Source: Catajapyx aquilonaris
Lineage: Eukaryota
NCBI GenBank assembly: GCA_000934665.2
Contig: JYFJ02001319.1
Coordinates: 1-64,000, forward strand
DNA: 64,000 nt
Direction of reading: 5' to 3'
Position 1 is the first letter of the stretch. Each line of letters begins with the position of its first letter. The notes under the pieces were generated by a model. It saw only the letters and a list, made by a program, of their open reading frames with translations. It had not been told where the DNA came from and did no database searches. Positions 25,501 through 38,700 of the stretch are shown one piece after another. Both the position numbers and the translations under genes were made by a program.

Positions 25501-27536
25501 GTCACGGATTCTGAAAAAATAAGGCCTTTTTGCATATCGGAGGTCGAGTTCTCATTCGGATGATGATTTATTGCCTTGTAGGTTGTGTTCTGCAGTATGG
25601 AGGTTACGGATGTCTGATTAATATTGCGGAGCTCTGAATATTTCGCTGCTCCATTTTTAGCTGTCAGTATGGCTTTGATTCGCATAGCGTGATCATGATG
25701 TATTTCTTGCACAACTCACGCATGTCGATGCTGCGATGCCACATTGAAATCAGTTGCTCCTTGGCCTATTTGTTTACATAGAAGGCGCGCAAAAAAAAAT
25801 GCCACACACAATATTGTGGTATCATTGACTGCACAGTGAAAAATTATCACTTGAAGATTTTGTGGTGCAGTGATATTTTATAATGTGAATAGTTATTGTG
25901 GCTTAGTGGAGAATTAATGATGAGTGTTGGCTTTTTAGAAAAACTTTTTTTTCTTCAGTAAACTACGATGTCGCTGTCGCGTTGTTATCGGGCAGGCCAA
26001 TATGCAGAGTGTTTCATGTTTGTTTTTAAACCAACCTTCGTTTAGGTTTCCAGTTTCCACAATCTTGTCACCAATTAAGAAAATAATGATGCATTATGCG
26101 ATCCTCCATAACACGGATACAGGGTGCGACCCTTCCATCTCCTCGGCGCAGCCTGCTGCAAATACTGAGAGTAATTAAAAGTAAAATTCCATGGGAACAC
26201 ATAGTCTACGTTACTTTTTAAAAATGCACATTAACAGTTGCGAGGAGGGACGTATGCTTACCATAATGTTTCATGCCTTGTGTTCAAACCCATTTCCCCA
26301 GTAACGACACTTATACTTGTTAGTCTACGAGACATAATGTGATCCTCTGATACACTCCCAAGTAAATATATATTTTTTTAAATTGAACTTTTAAAACCTA
26401 AACGTAGAGGTTACGTAGAGGTTAATTAAGAGCTGTATTGTGAGACGAGACAGAAAGTAAATCCAAAAATTTTCAACGATGCTAAACTGCTTCCACGTTT
26501 GTAACCTTGCACCTCAGTTGGGTTTTAATTAGCCCATAAATCAATGTTGAATTAGTGCAAATAAATCAAATTATTTCATAGGCCTATATCATACAGTACG
26601 ATAAGTATATTTACTAGATGCGGTATCCGGAGTTGCATGTGGCGTAATTCAGTACTTGAAGCGTAATATTTAAAATGGTCCGTTTGTGTGTCACTCCTCA
26701 ATGGAACCGGACTTTCACTATTGGCCGGTATACACACACAGCAATAACAATATGGATAATTTATAGGAAGGTCAGGTACCATTCACTCCTCCCCTATCCC
26801 CAGCAAGCCTTTCCATTGCTATAGGTGAAACAAAATCACGACTGCCATGGGGGGAAAATAATCTCAATTCCAGAATAAGTTATATATGAAACTATATTGG
26901 TAAATTTGATTTAAACATTATTTATTGCGAATGAATTATTCTCGTAATCTTTCTAGATCTAAATTACAAAATATTGTTAAAGGTCAGACACCGAATTTAA
27001 TTTCAACACTTTCTGCATACAAATCCGTAAACCTTTGGCACACACATTTTCCCATCGCAAAATGAATGTCTGTGCAGGAAGGTAAAGGCACAAGAGCCCA
27101 CAGGTTCATATACACATGCAAATGACGGACATTGGAAATGGACGGTGTTTTCTTCCCCACGGGCGGAGATTTATACACGCTGGGTCGTGGTAGAAGCCAA
27201 ATTTATTCAAACGCTGCCTCATATGATGTTAATAAGGCAGGTGTTGCAGCAAATCTTGCCAGATAAGTCCTATGGGAATCTGCACCCCTTGAGCCTGGAA
27301 ACAATCGCTTCATTCATTCTCCTCACAGATGCATGGCGCCGAATCAGACACTCTCGCTTTCAAAACACACACTCGAAACTGCCAGAAAATATCGAGAAAT
27401 TGATGGGCTGCGATTATCAACATGATGTCGCCTCATGGGGGGATTCCTTATCTAATCTAAAGGTTTTTTTCTCTCCATCCTCTGATATTTGCTGTAGACT
27501 CACTGAGGATTTTGGAAACATGTTGTACAGATAAGT

Positions 27537-27690
27537 CCGGATGAGATTGTGACAGCAAATAGTCTTAATCGGTTTCTTAGATGTTGTCTTGGGGATGGAG
27601 ACGGTGCTCGAGGAGTCGTGGGTCCTGAGGAGGAGACTCGACGGGGGCTTATCAAGCGCAAAGTGGGCCGCAGGACATGACAGCAGATGA
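27537..27690 (+). mobile_element. Possible short 3' remnant of a CR1/L2-type LINE
   Basis: CCG GAT GAG ATT GTG ACA GCA AAT AGT CTT AAT CGG TTT (27537-27575) reads PDEIVTANSLNRF, resembling the WNxLPxxVVxAxSLNxFK C-terminal motif of CR1-clade ORF2. Short match from recall only. Confidence 0.35.
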
Positions 27691-30600
27691 ATAACTGTCT
27701 CTGCACTAGGAAGCTAAAGAAGGGAACACAAAAAAAAAACCATCCATACCACCTGGGCGTCCACTGACACCATCATCTTTCCCTGCCAACAGATTGACGT
27801 TCTGTTTGTCAATAGACATCTCTTGTTGTGCTTTCCTCGCTCGACCCCACACCGAACCTTTTGTCCATCCTGCAATAAATATTGTCCGCTCTTTTTGTGC
27901 TCATGTCCGCTGTCAGACAAATTACAAAACTTGGTTTTTAACAAATCTGAATAATATTTCTGGAGGCCACATTCCCGAGGTTGAATGAGATATCCTGGCC
28001 CAGTACACAAGACAGCATGCAGCAAGCAAGCAGACCCGGAGAATAAGAAGTTGGGGGGTCTCCAAGTGAAAGGAAGAGGAGGATTCCTGACCTCCTCCTG
28101 CTGCTCAGTCTGGCAATTTATTGGGGCCCTGGCTTTATTAGCTTGGGGCCGGAGACTCACAGGGGGGTCCCCAGCCTTTTTGGACAAGGGAAGAGGAGAC
28201 CCATCCCCCCAGCACCTATCTGTGGGGGTTGAGAAGACTATCAGCGGACATTTGACCCCGGTTGCTAGCACCCCGTGCTGGACAAGGAGAACCTTCTTTT
28301 TCCTTCCGGCTGGGTGGGGGTTTATGAGGCTGTAAATTAGTCTTGGGAGGAGGAGGAGGAGGAAAAAAGAAGAGCCAAAGCAGCTTTTCTCTCCAAGTCC
28401 CGTAACTCATCCCTGTGACTCTTATTAATGCGTCCGATTCTAGCCTCTTTATCCATCCTGCTTCTGGCCCTCAAGGGGCCCTGCCGAGTGTCTCGCCAAC
28501 TGACATCTTCATTTTTCCCCCCCAGTCTGGATCTCACCCCTGCCGTTGCTCATTTGCATGCTGGGTCCCCCATCTCTTTTGCCCATTTTAATCAACTTGG
28601 TCTACTTTTCAAGATGGGCCGCACCCGTGTCAAAACACCTTATCTTAATATCACCATTTCTGATTTGTTGCCCATATTCAGAATTTGGCAGCCATTTTTT
28701 AAAAAGGTCCCACCAGGAAATGCGGAACAACACAAGTGCCGTTAAATATTAACCAAGCGATCGAGAGGCTATGAATGAGCAATGGCCCTCAATTTTAGGT
28801 AGCCCCAGAATTGTCTCGTTTCCTAGTTCCGGGCTGTTCGGTACAATGAACGTAATTTTGAGCGAGTGGCAGTCGGACAAGCCCCAGAGTACATTCCAGA
28901 CATTGTAAGATTGATGTTTGCGTGGAGCCACGACAGTACCGCACAGTCCGGTGACTCCAGAGGGGGGGGGCATCGGGATCCAATTACACCTAATCATAAT
29001 TTAAACACCTTGTTATGCTTCCAGATGACGAATGTGTGTGTGTGATCAATAGGGGCGTCGAGTCGCATAAGAATCAGGCAGGTACAGTGGAGGGACAGGC
29101 GTCCGATGGCATTCCTTGGTCCCCGGAGTGTCGAGGCGGCTAATTCATGGCAATGGCCACGGGGATGCGAGCCCCGTGTTCTTGTCCCTCTGCTACTAAT
29201 TAGCCTGCGGGCTCCATAAAATCCGGCCAATTTATACGCGACATTGGGATTGTCCGCGCGGAAAATATACGTGGGAGACAACGGACCCGCTTTTCTCCCC
29301 GTCCTTTGAACCACTAAATCTTCTCACCATGTTTTGGATAGAGCTACTCTGTGCGGAAATATTCTCCTCATGTCCACTGGGTACGTCAGTGTTTCCTTCT
29401 ACGTAGCCACTGCTTACGCTCACAAACTTCGGCATGTGCCTTGCCTTTACAACGCTTTTTGTATGCCTGGGCCAAACAGGCATAAATAACGATAAACGTT
29501 TACCCCATATTGTTCCCACGACATTATGGAATTGCTTGTGTGCAAAAAGGTACGCTATTTACATTTCAAAAAGGCGCCATTCCGCCCGATTTATGCGGGT
29601 CTTTTGGGTGGGTAATGTGCTGCAGTTATCACTGAATAAATGCTGCGAAAGGCCTGATGTTTTGGTTGCTGAAGAGCCCGGTCATTTCGGGTCAAGCACT
29701 TGGGACTACCATCCTAAGGCATTTGACGATATTGCCGTGGTGAAAGACTAATGATGATGCGTTTATTATGCTGGAGAGACGCCGGGACATGGTTCACAGG
29801 AGAGTAAATATATTGCTTACCTGCCTGAGCAGAATATTCCGGCAGCTGAAACTCACTTTCTCACTTCAAACCGTATTTTTTTTGGCAATGTGTATGCAAG
29901 AACATTGATGTAACGAGTGAGTGACTGTTGTTGTTTCGGAGGATGATTCTATATACTTGTAATTACATAACTTAGCAATTGCATCCTCAATTAATTATTA
30001 GGTAATATTAGTAAGTATTTCAATGCACAGTAGAAAACTGGTTATGTAGAATAATATTCACATTACATAACGGCTTTAAACGTTGTCATAATTACTGGGA
30101 GGGTGTGCCCATAACAATGAGTAATATCGAGTTGCATAATCCTAGTGTGTTCTCAGCAACAATATTAGAATGGCAAAGAAGTGTCACACTTTCTTCCAAA
30201 CAATGTTCTGGAAAAGAATACTGTCCGTATGCGCCTTACAACCCCTGACTACTGCTGACTGACATAAGTGTATTTGTCAAAATGTTTGTCCGGACCCTCC
30301 TAGAGAGCTAATTGGCCCTCGCGCTTCTCCTCAGCCTATAAACAAAAGCGTCTCCATTCAAGCCCCCAAGACCCCTCGAAAGGGGGCAATTAGCCCCAAG
30401 GACGTCTCCCTGTCGCTGACCATAAAGTGGCAAAACGGTCACAACTGACAGCTCAAAACAAAAATAACATAAACATTCTCCCCAAAAAAACCGTCTACCT
30501 TTCCAACCCTCGAAGATACCGGAAACTGGCTCCGGATGACCACTTAAAGACCTTCATCCGTAACTGCAACGGCCACAACTGTCACCAAGCCAAGTCGACC

Positions 30601-32707
30601 TGTCAAACTCTTTTCTAAGTTTTTTTTAAACATCCCCCCCCTTTAAGATGTGGGGGTGGGCACGAGAAGATGGTGGCGGCAGCTCCTTTGGTCCTCCTCG
30701 CGACGGGGCTCTCAGATAGGCATCTTGGCCACGGCGCGACATGAGGAAGGGTCGCCAGTTTCTATGGCAGACACGCTGCCAGCACTGGAGCCACCAAGAA
30801 TTCTAACCCACCCCATATCCCCCCCCCCCTACACATTGGGAAGGGAGAGAGAAAAGGGGCAGAGACAAAAACGACCCCGGAGTGGCCTAATGAGCCATTC
30901 TTGGCGCCAAGGAAGCCTCGTGACCAGAGTTACCAATAGGTCCAGCGATGTGCGCCATCGCTTTTTATCCCTGGACTCACATGACAATATACCCTTGTCG
31001 CCCTTACCGCCCATCCAGCCCTAAATCCGGGCCTCTGGTGCTAACTGTCACCGCCAGAACACAACAGCCCCTCTCTTGGAACTTGGTGTCCCGACACTTG
31101 ATTTATACCCATATTCACCCTGCAGTAACGAGCATTTTGCTTCTGTGTTATGCTCGCCGCCCCGTTGATCAGGAATTGCTAATATTCTATTAATACTATT
31201 CGCACTTGTTTCACCACAACCGTCAACTGTCAGGTCAAGGGCAGACCAATTTTTTTTGGTGGTCCACCCTTTGTTTATTAGGCAGCTTATCAGGGTTCTG
31301 AAGACAGTTTTATACTCAATTATGGTGCCTCTGCTTTCAACAATTCAGCCGAATTACTCAAACATTTAGTCCCCATTGACCCGTAAATATTTCACTCTTA
31401 ATCACACCTGGGCGATCTAGATTACCAAGTCCTCATTAAGATATGCGATCAATCGGACCCATATGACATCATCCGCAATTGTGATTCTAGGGAGAGGAAG
31501 GTGGTACAAGTGGGTTGAAGTGATTTAGTACTTCTTAGACCCCAGGTGTATCTGGCCAGGGTCCAGCCGGGGCAGGAAACGGCTTGGAATTCCACTGTTT
31601 CTTAGATGGGTTTTTTTTTTCTCGTGGTTGATTCCTCCAGAGACTTGTAGGATCGGGGGAGACAGCAACCTTGCTTGGTCCCAGATATGCTCTTTTCCTG
31701 CACGAATCCGGTCCTGTCCTAGCATGCCAACCGGAACTGTGGGGTCCCTTCCAGATAAGCCTTCTTCACTTCCGTTGCCTAGACGGAAGTTCCGGATACG
31801 AGTTTTGAGGGATGCACATGCCAATCGATAACTTCTTTTTTAAAGCTATTTCTGATTCTTGTGGAAACTGGAAGCCGTGGGATTTTTTGGGATAAAATTG
31901 TCCCCCGGTTTTGTAAACTGCCGGAAATGCGTGAAGTTGGTGACAAGAAGGTGGTAGGGAGTAATATATTCATTAGAGTTTTCTAACCGTTACTAAGTTA
32001 TTAATTTAGTTTATTTTCATGCTGGAATTTGTTATTGATGCGATACTTAAACTGTACTGTTAGTTAACGGTCAGTAAAATGCTGGATAAAACCATGAAGC
32101 AAACCACTTCCTGTTGTAGACCGACAGTCGGGTCATAGTAAAGCTGTACGCCAATTAATAGATTGAAGCATGTCGAAACCGACTTTGGGTCTATATGGCG
32201 ACTGAGACTCCCGCCTGGACATAAAAGGCCGTCGGAACCTTCCAGAGGTAATAAACACCAAAATTGAGAACACAAAGTGGACAACGTGTGGCCATAAAAA
32301 CCCCGCAGAAAAGGGTACCCCCGACGTGACCCGCGGTGATTTCCTTGGCAAGGGTGGGGACAAAAGCAAAAGCGACAACCGAAACAAACCCTCCGAGTCT
32401 TGTTTGAAGCATCCACCCCCACCGAGATAAATCCTAATGTCTCCTGATTTGGCTTTTGAGCCTGAAAAGCCGCCTTTTTCTTCCCCCACTTTGATCTCCA
32501 TCACAGGGTCTGGGAGTCTGTCCAACAATCGCCCAGCCATCACTACTCCCATCTTTTTAAAACTAGCAAAAATAGTGTTGGCTGCTCCTATTGATCCTCC
32601 CTAGTCTACCTCTCATGGCCGCAATCAATTATTCTCTGTAACGTTTTGGGAGGGTTGAAGGGGGCGGGTGTGTGGGTGGCGTGGGATGGGGGTTTGGGGG
32701 GGGGGGG

Positions 32708-32712
32708 NNNNN
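32708..32712. other. Assembly gap / undetermined bases within a G-run
   Basis: Five n characters inside gggggggggggg-nnnnn-gggg. Confidence 0.99.
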
Positions 32713-35700
32713 GGGGCGTGGTTTCATTAGTAGAGGCCATTGTGAGGTAACAATCGGGTCGGCGGTGTAAATCTTGGCGTTTGGGGATGGAGCCTGGTGG
32801 TGACACTTACAGGCCGGGGGCTGGGGGGTGGCCTCATGATGGAGGCGGCCCCCCATTTGGACCAGGCTGCCATCCATCCTCCGCCTCTGTATGCTGTATG
32901 TGTGCGTGTGTTTCCCACCGCGTCGTGTTCACCCTTTGTTTTCACCCGATCCGGATTCTACACTCCGGGCAGATATGAGCGTGTATGCAACTTTTTCCAC
33001 CGAACCTCGAAGTGTGTGGGGGTCCGGACCCGGATTATTTACTCCCTGTTGCCCACCACTCCCGGATGGCATCGGCACACTGCACATGTTATGATGAAGT
33101 CGGCATGCAGGCAGAACGACAACTGCTATTAGTTTTTGGTCAGTCGGCAGGGCTGCGTACATTTACCAAATGAAAACAAGCTCGAGCGTATGAACATCCC
33201 TGCTCTGAGATATTATTAAATAAGTAATAAATGCCCATTGTAAAGGGAATAGCTCACATATTTCTGTTTTGTGCAACGGGGGCCTCCACACCGCGAACCT
33301 GAGGACCCGATGAAAAATACGACTTGAGTAGTGCCACTACCAAGACTACTGCCGCTCTCACATGACGTCATACCGGTCTGACAGAGGCAGCCAATTCTGT
33401 ATATGACTAGTGAAGGCAGAAAATCCTGGCTTGCTTCTTGATTATGAGTCTTTAATACCAAATTGATAATTAGTCTGAATACTAGCAACACCTGACGGGA
33501 AAATCTACACTTGTCAGGTGTAATATGACTTGTAGTGCAGGTCCGAATTATTCCCGAGTGGACATAACTCACGTCAATGGGAAATACATTGTTTGGAGGA
33601 TAGGGAACTCTGGAATTTGTTCTTATAAATAAGCGTAATTTATTGCGTATGCGAGACAACCTGCTGAATATTTCATAACGATGAATAAGATGGCACATCT
33701 GGAGAGAGCAGGCATCACCGCTGATTTGATCCCACCCTCTTATACCTACAAGGCCAGCACATATAAATCATCCGAATGTACGTAACCGCAATAGTTCAGT
33801 GCGTATAATGCGTGTGTGTGTTTCTGCCGGTCCCACTCCTTTTCCTGCTTGGAGCCTTTTCATTTTATTTTTTTGATAATATACCAGCATCTCCCCCCTT
33901 CTTATAGTAGTTAGTTGTTGTTTCCCCCATGGCAACCAGGATACGAGGCAGGGAGTGAGTGCCCCGCCCTGGAATATTTTACTCCCAGCAGAGACACTCC
34001 CGCATAATCTCCTTTGGAAGCCATGGCCCGACAGCGGGGGGACAATATTCCTTCCCTTCTTCCTTCCGCCCCCAGACAACCCAAACCCCATTCTCTATGG
34101 CGCTATTCGTGTCAACAGCAAGAATCGTGCCCTCAGTCCACAAATTTATGTGCTCAACACTGCCTTATTTGTTTCCCAACATTTCCATTAGTGGATTAGG
34201 AGTTACATGGCCTCTCTCGCGCCATGATCAGAAAATTTGTTTGCCTTGTCAAACACGCTTGCCGCGCAATTTACTGCGCTAATGTGATGTACTAAGCGGC
34301 CTAGATGGTATTACTCTCGTGATTTAAGTCCAGGACCCAACGAGTATTTACGACACTCGGCCACGTAGAGAGGGATTTGCTGTTTTTTTTTCTTGGTAGA
34401 GTCTCAGCAAGTGAAGAACCAGATATAAGTCGCATGGTCTGGCAACAAAAGGGCACTTTTTAATTCATGCCGACCAATATGGCAGGAGAGTGTGAATTAA
34501 ATATTGCCTCCAAAACCGCTTCTCTCTCGATTTACGACTACTTGCTTCTACGACTTGGTCTACTGGAATCTCAATGCTGCTGAAGCAGGCCTATACAGTA
34601 TAAGGGTGTAATTATTTGTATAAGGACATGCTGAGTATACTACTATGAGGTAGAGGCTTGTAGGGTGCAACTAGCACCTATATTACAAGTTGGATTATCG
34701 CTATTGGGTTACGTGTAATTTATTTAAATACTCGACTATAACGGCACGTATACTTTAAGTCATATGTGAAATTTCAGCGCACTAGTACTGTATACGTATA
34801 TGATTTTTTTTGTCCAATTTATTGGGGTTTGTAATGTGTACATCGTGCAGCTGAACCTTTATACAGCTCTATAGGATTCTGGTCTATGACGCCATTAGAT
34901 TTCATTTTAAATGGCACTAGGCTGTGTAAGTAGTTGAATGCAAAAAATTGTGGGTTTAGATAACGTCACGAAGGATATGTAGCTGTGGTTATTTTTCTGC
35001 CATCTCTCTCAAGGTTTTGCGTGAAAGGTCATACAATGCCTGTTTAGAGAAATATGCGCTGAAAAAAGATTTGCGACAGTTAATATTACATAAGTAATTA
35101 TAATGCACTAATTTTATATGCTGTGGAGAACAGCGTGACCTAAATGAGAATGACATTGTAATGGTACATTCATGTAATTAGTTCCACCGACTGGTTAGGC
35201 CAATTACAAAAAGGGCGGGAACAATTAAGTGATGCCCAAGTAAGCTATCTGAAAATTGGTTTCATGGTACATTTTCATTCTCAGCACGAGTTAAAAACTG
35301 CTGCACTAAAATTAAGGCATAATACCTGCGATGTATGAAGTCAAATAATGTAACGCTTCGAGTGACGATGCGATGCGACTCATGGAGTGACCATATTACT
35401 TGTATATTCCATCACTTCCCATGCATACTTTTCAGCAGTACCAATTTTGAGGAAAATGCTGCGTATTCATTCATTGTTAGTGAAAATCTTCGACACCTCA
35501 TAAATAATGTAAGAAATAAAGTTACTTGCAATCACGATGTCAGTATAGTGGAGGTTCTCTACAGTATATCTCAGCTCCTCGGAATCAGTATAACAGTAAC
35601 TTGCATGATATCTACAGGCGACAAGGTGTTGGGGAAAAGATATTAACTTCATATAATTACCTCCATTTTACCGAACGATTTTTGAGCTCCTAAATCCAAT

Positions 35701-38700
35701 ATAGCGCTTCATATGCAAATATTTTCAGTATAGGTCTGGCCCTCTCTATACCGGAGTGACCTATTCAAAAATTTAATTATTGATTTCAAGTTAGCTCGCA
35801 AATGGAAATGTGATCATGTGAGGAAATCTTTATCCAGGCTGTGCATTATTCTATAGAGCTGAAGGGGCCATGAAATATTTTGCCTCAGTGGGCCGCGGTC
35901 AAAATATTTGGAGAACCGTTGCACCTTTATCACATGGCCCCATCATGGGGTGTATAGTCTGAAGTGGAGGTATTTTCTGGTAGTCAGAGGGTGTATCTAA
36001 AGTAGACATAACTGACCAACATAGTCCAACTATATATACTGTATATGCTGTGGATTTCATGTAAACAAATGTCATGCCACCAATAAAATTATATTGGCCA
36101 CACCCAATACTACTTTATATTCATGGCTGTGCTGTGGCTAAGGATGTCTACTTGTCGAATTATTTTGTTACAGTGACAACTTTTCCTATTTTATTCACTG
36201 TGATTGTTGCTGAGTGTGCTTCACTTCTACACTGCATGACGCTTGCACAAGCTGCGAATAAGCTTCATTATGCAGGGAGTGTAAGGTAAATAATATTTTA
36301 TCAGTACATATTGACGTGGTCAAGTGCAGGAATAGATTTGGGTATGTGCCAATGCAAGGAATATTACTGATCACAACATCATACGGGAAGGAAGAATAAA
36401 AATAATGTAGGTATTGTTATAGGCTACCATGTCAAGCACGTCAAGCTGTGAGATCAGTGTCATGGTCTTACGCATCACTGTAAAAGAATCTAACCATATA
36501 TGCTTCCTGCACAAGTGTATATTTCATGCTAATTGAACAATTGTGGAGAACTGGAGATCATGGACCAGGGGTGTATAAATGATAAAGGTTAATGTATTAC
36601 CTGATGAGGATCAGGAAATATGCGACATTTTGCTACAAGATTGCAATGCCTTTGGTCCAAAATTGTGCTTTACACGTCATTCTATCAGTATATACCGTAG
36701 TCATTAGCGACGTGTGGGAGAGAAGAAAAAGTATGAATGTACTAATTCTTGGTATAACAACGAGCAGTCCGGGATTAAAGACGGAAACGTGCTGTGTCAC
36801 TTTCTGTGGTAGACGTGTTCCCTATAACGACAGTCCTGATGGGTGGGCCATTCCATGATCTGTTTCATCGACTCAATATTAAGAGAGTCATGGGCTATTT
36901 ATTTGGAATACCTATTCAGATAATAATTGGTGATTTTTCCTTAGTTTACCTTCGTATAATCAGGCCTTACTGATTGAAGTGATGTCTATAAAGCTTAGTG
37001 AATTGCAGGCCTTACATTTCCCATTCACAGGAGAAATTCTTTTTGGACCACAGTCCTAAATGGAGCAAATCACAAGTGCCAAAGGAACTATGGAAACACA
37101 AAATACATCATTTAGATGACGTTACTGCTATAGTATATTCACTATATATTTCCGCCGCTCAACATTCTGAAAATATGTGCGTGTGATTTTCGGCCCTACT
37201 CTATAGTGTTTTTCATTTAAGCTTCTCCCTGAAATTTTCATTTACCTATTTGAGTGACATTGAGTTCAGTTAATTCACCATCAGTTGTATTAGGTGAATC
37301 ATGGAGTGCTTTCAATTTATTTTCTTCTGCAAATAGCTCAGGAGTAATTCAAAATATTTTCTATCACAGTATTGGAGTTGTAACAATCACTTAAACCCTT
37401 TTAGTGTGTGAGTGCAGTATAGATACACAATGTAAATAGACATCAATAATGTGTAACAAGATTTTCATCATAAGGCCTAAAGATGTTAAAGATTTATTAT
37501 CCTCGATAGAACAATTTAATACATCTGTGATAAGGCAGATTGATAAATATTACAGTCCGTTACTTGTCCTCGTAAGTTCCATTCCATTACATTTCCATTC
37601 CATTTATAATTCAATTCTAATTATTATCATCTGCAATATAATAATTCAGAATTACGAAGTGAAATAAGGGTTGTTTGTATAATCGTCATGAGCAGCAGTT
37701 TGTGAAGGAACAATTATTTGTTTGTGTGTAACATTCTCCAAATCTGAGAACCGTCTATATAGTATATACTGCATAATAACCACCCACCATGATTATTGTA
37801 AAAACACTGCAATAGACAATAGTCTGGAATATTTCCATGCTAACCTAGTGCAACCTAGACAAACAAATCATTGTAGGCTATGTTTCGATAAAATAATATT
37901 TCTCAGCGTAATGAAATGTTCAATACGCATTCAGCCTGTTAAGCCTGAATCAAACGTCGCATATATTTCATTCAGCAGTTAGTAATTAATTTCTATAATA
38001 TAATATAATAAACATGTTTCATCACTATATGATTTTGAACTTGCATGTTATTGCATCTGGTTAAATGAAACACTTTTTAAAATCCCCAGAAATGGTGGAA
38101 GCAATTCCAGCCTCATTGTGGAAGTTATTTTGGATCTTTTTCAAAGTTGCCAACAAATACAGTGTACGGCGGATTGACAAACCTAACATTGCAGTCAAAT
38201 GACTTACCTTGTGCTGAATCGCAGGCCTTTCCTATTGGTCCACCTCCATCGCAGTGAATAGCTATACTTACCCCGGCATTATAGGCCTATACAGCGTGAC
38301 GCTACTTAAATATGAATTACATCGCTTTGAAGGGACGTGATAATGAGCCCAGGGTTTCACTAGTTGTCACTACAAATCAGGGTTTACAATGACCCCCTCC
38401 AGTGCGTTTTTGACACACAGCTTCCTGCGCACTTGGGTCGGTGACCACCTGTCAGCAGCCGGCCCGAGATCAGTGACAGGCGTGAGGTATAGGTGCCATT
38501 TCAACTGGAAAAAAAAACCCTGGTGTATATATGGGGGTCTGTATAATAATATAAGAGGTTTGGATGAGATTCCATTGGCGGCCAGTTGCGCAGTAGGCTA
38601 CCTCACGAGCCAAGGAAGGGGGTCTGTTCTCTTTGCTTAAACTTTGACACAAAGTGCGCCCTCCAGAATAGGAGGGGGTCATCACCCCCTGGAGTTGCAG

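Noticed and set aside
27714..28271. 185-aa minus-strand ORF and other 100-160 aa ORFs in GC-richer islands
   Set aside because: No domain resemblance or splice-consistent structure; expected by chance in GC-richer non-coding DNA.
38389..38682. 12-bp inverted repeat ATGACCCCCTCC / GGAGGGGGTCAT
   Set aside because: Short, not extendable, no TSD; insufficient to call an element.
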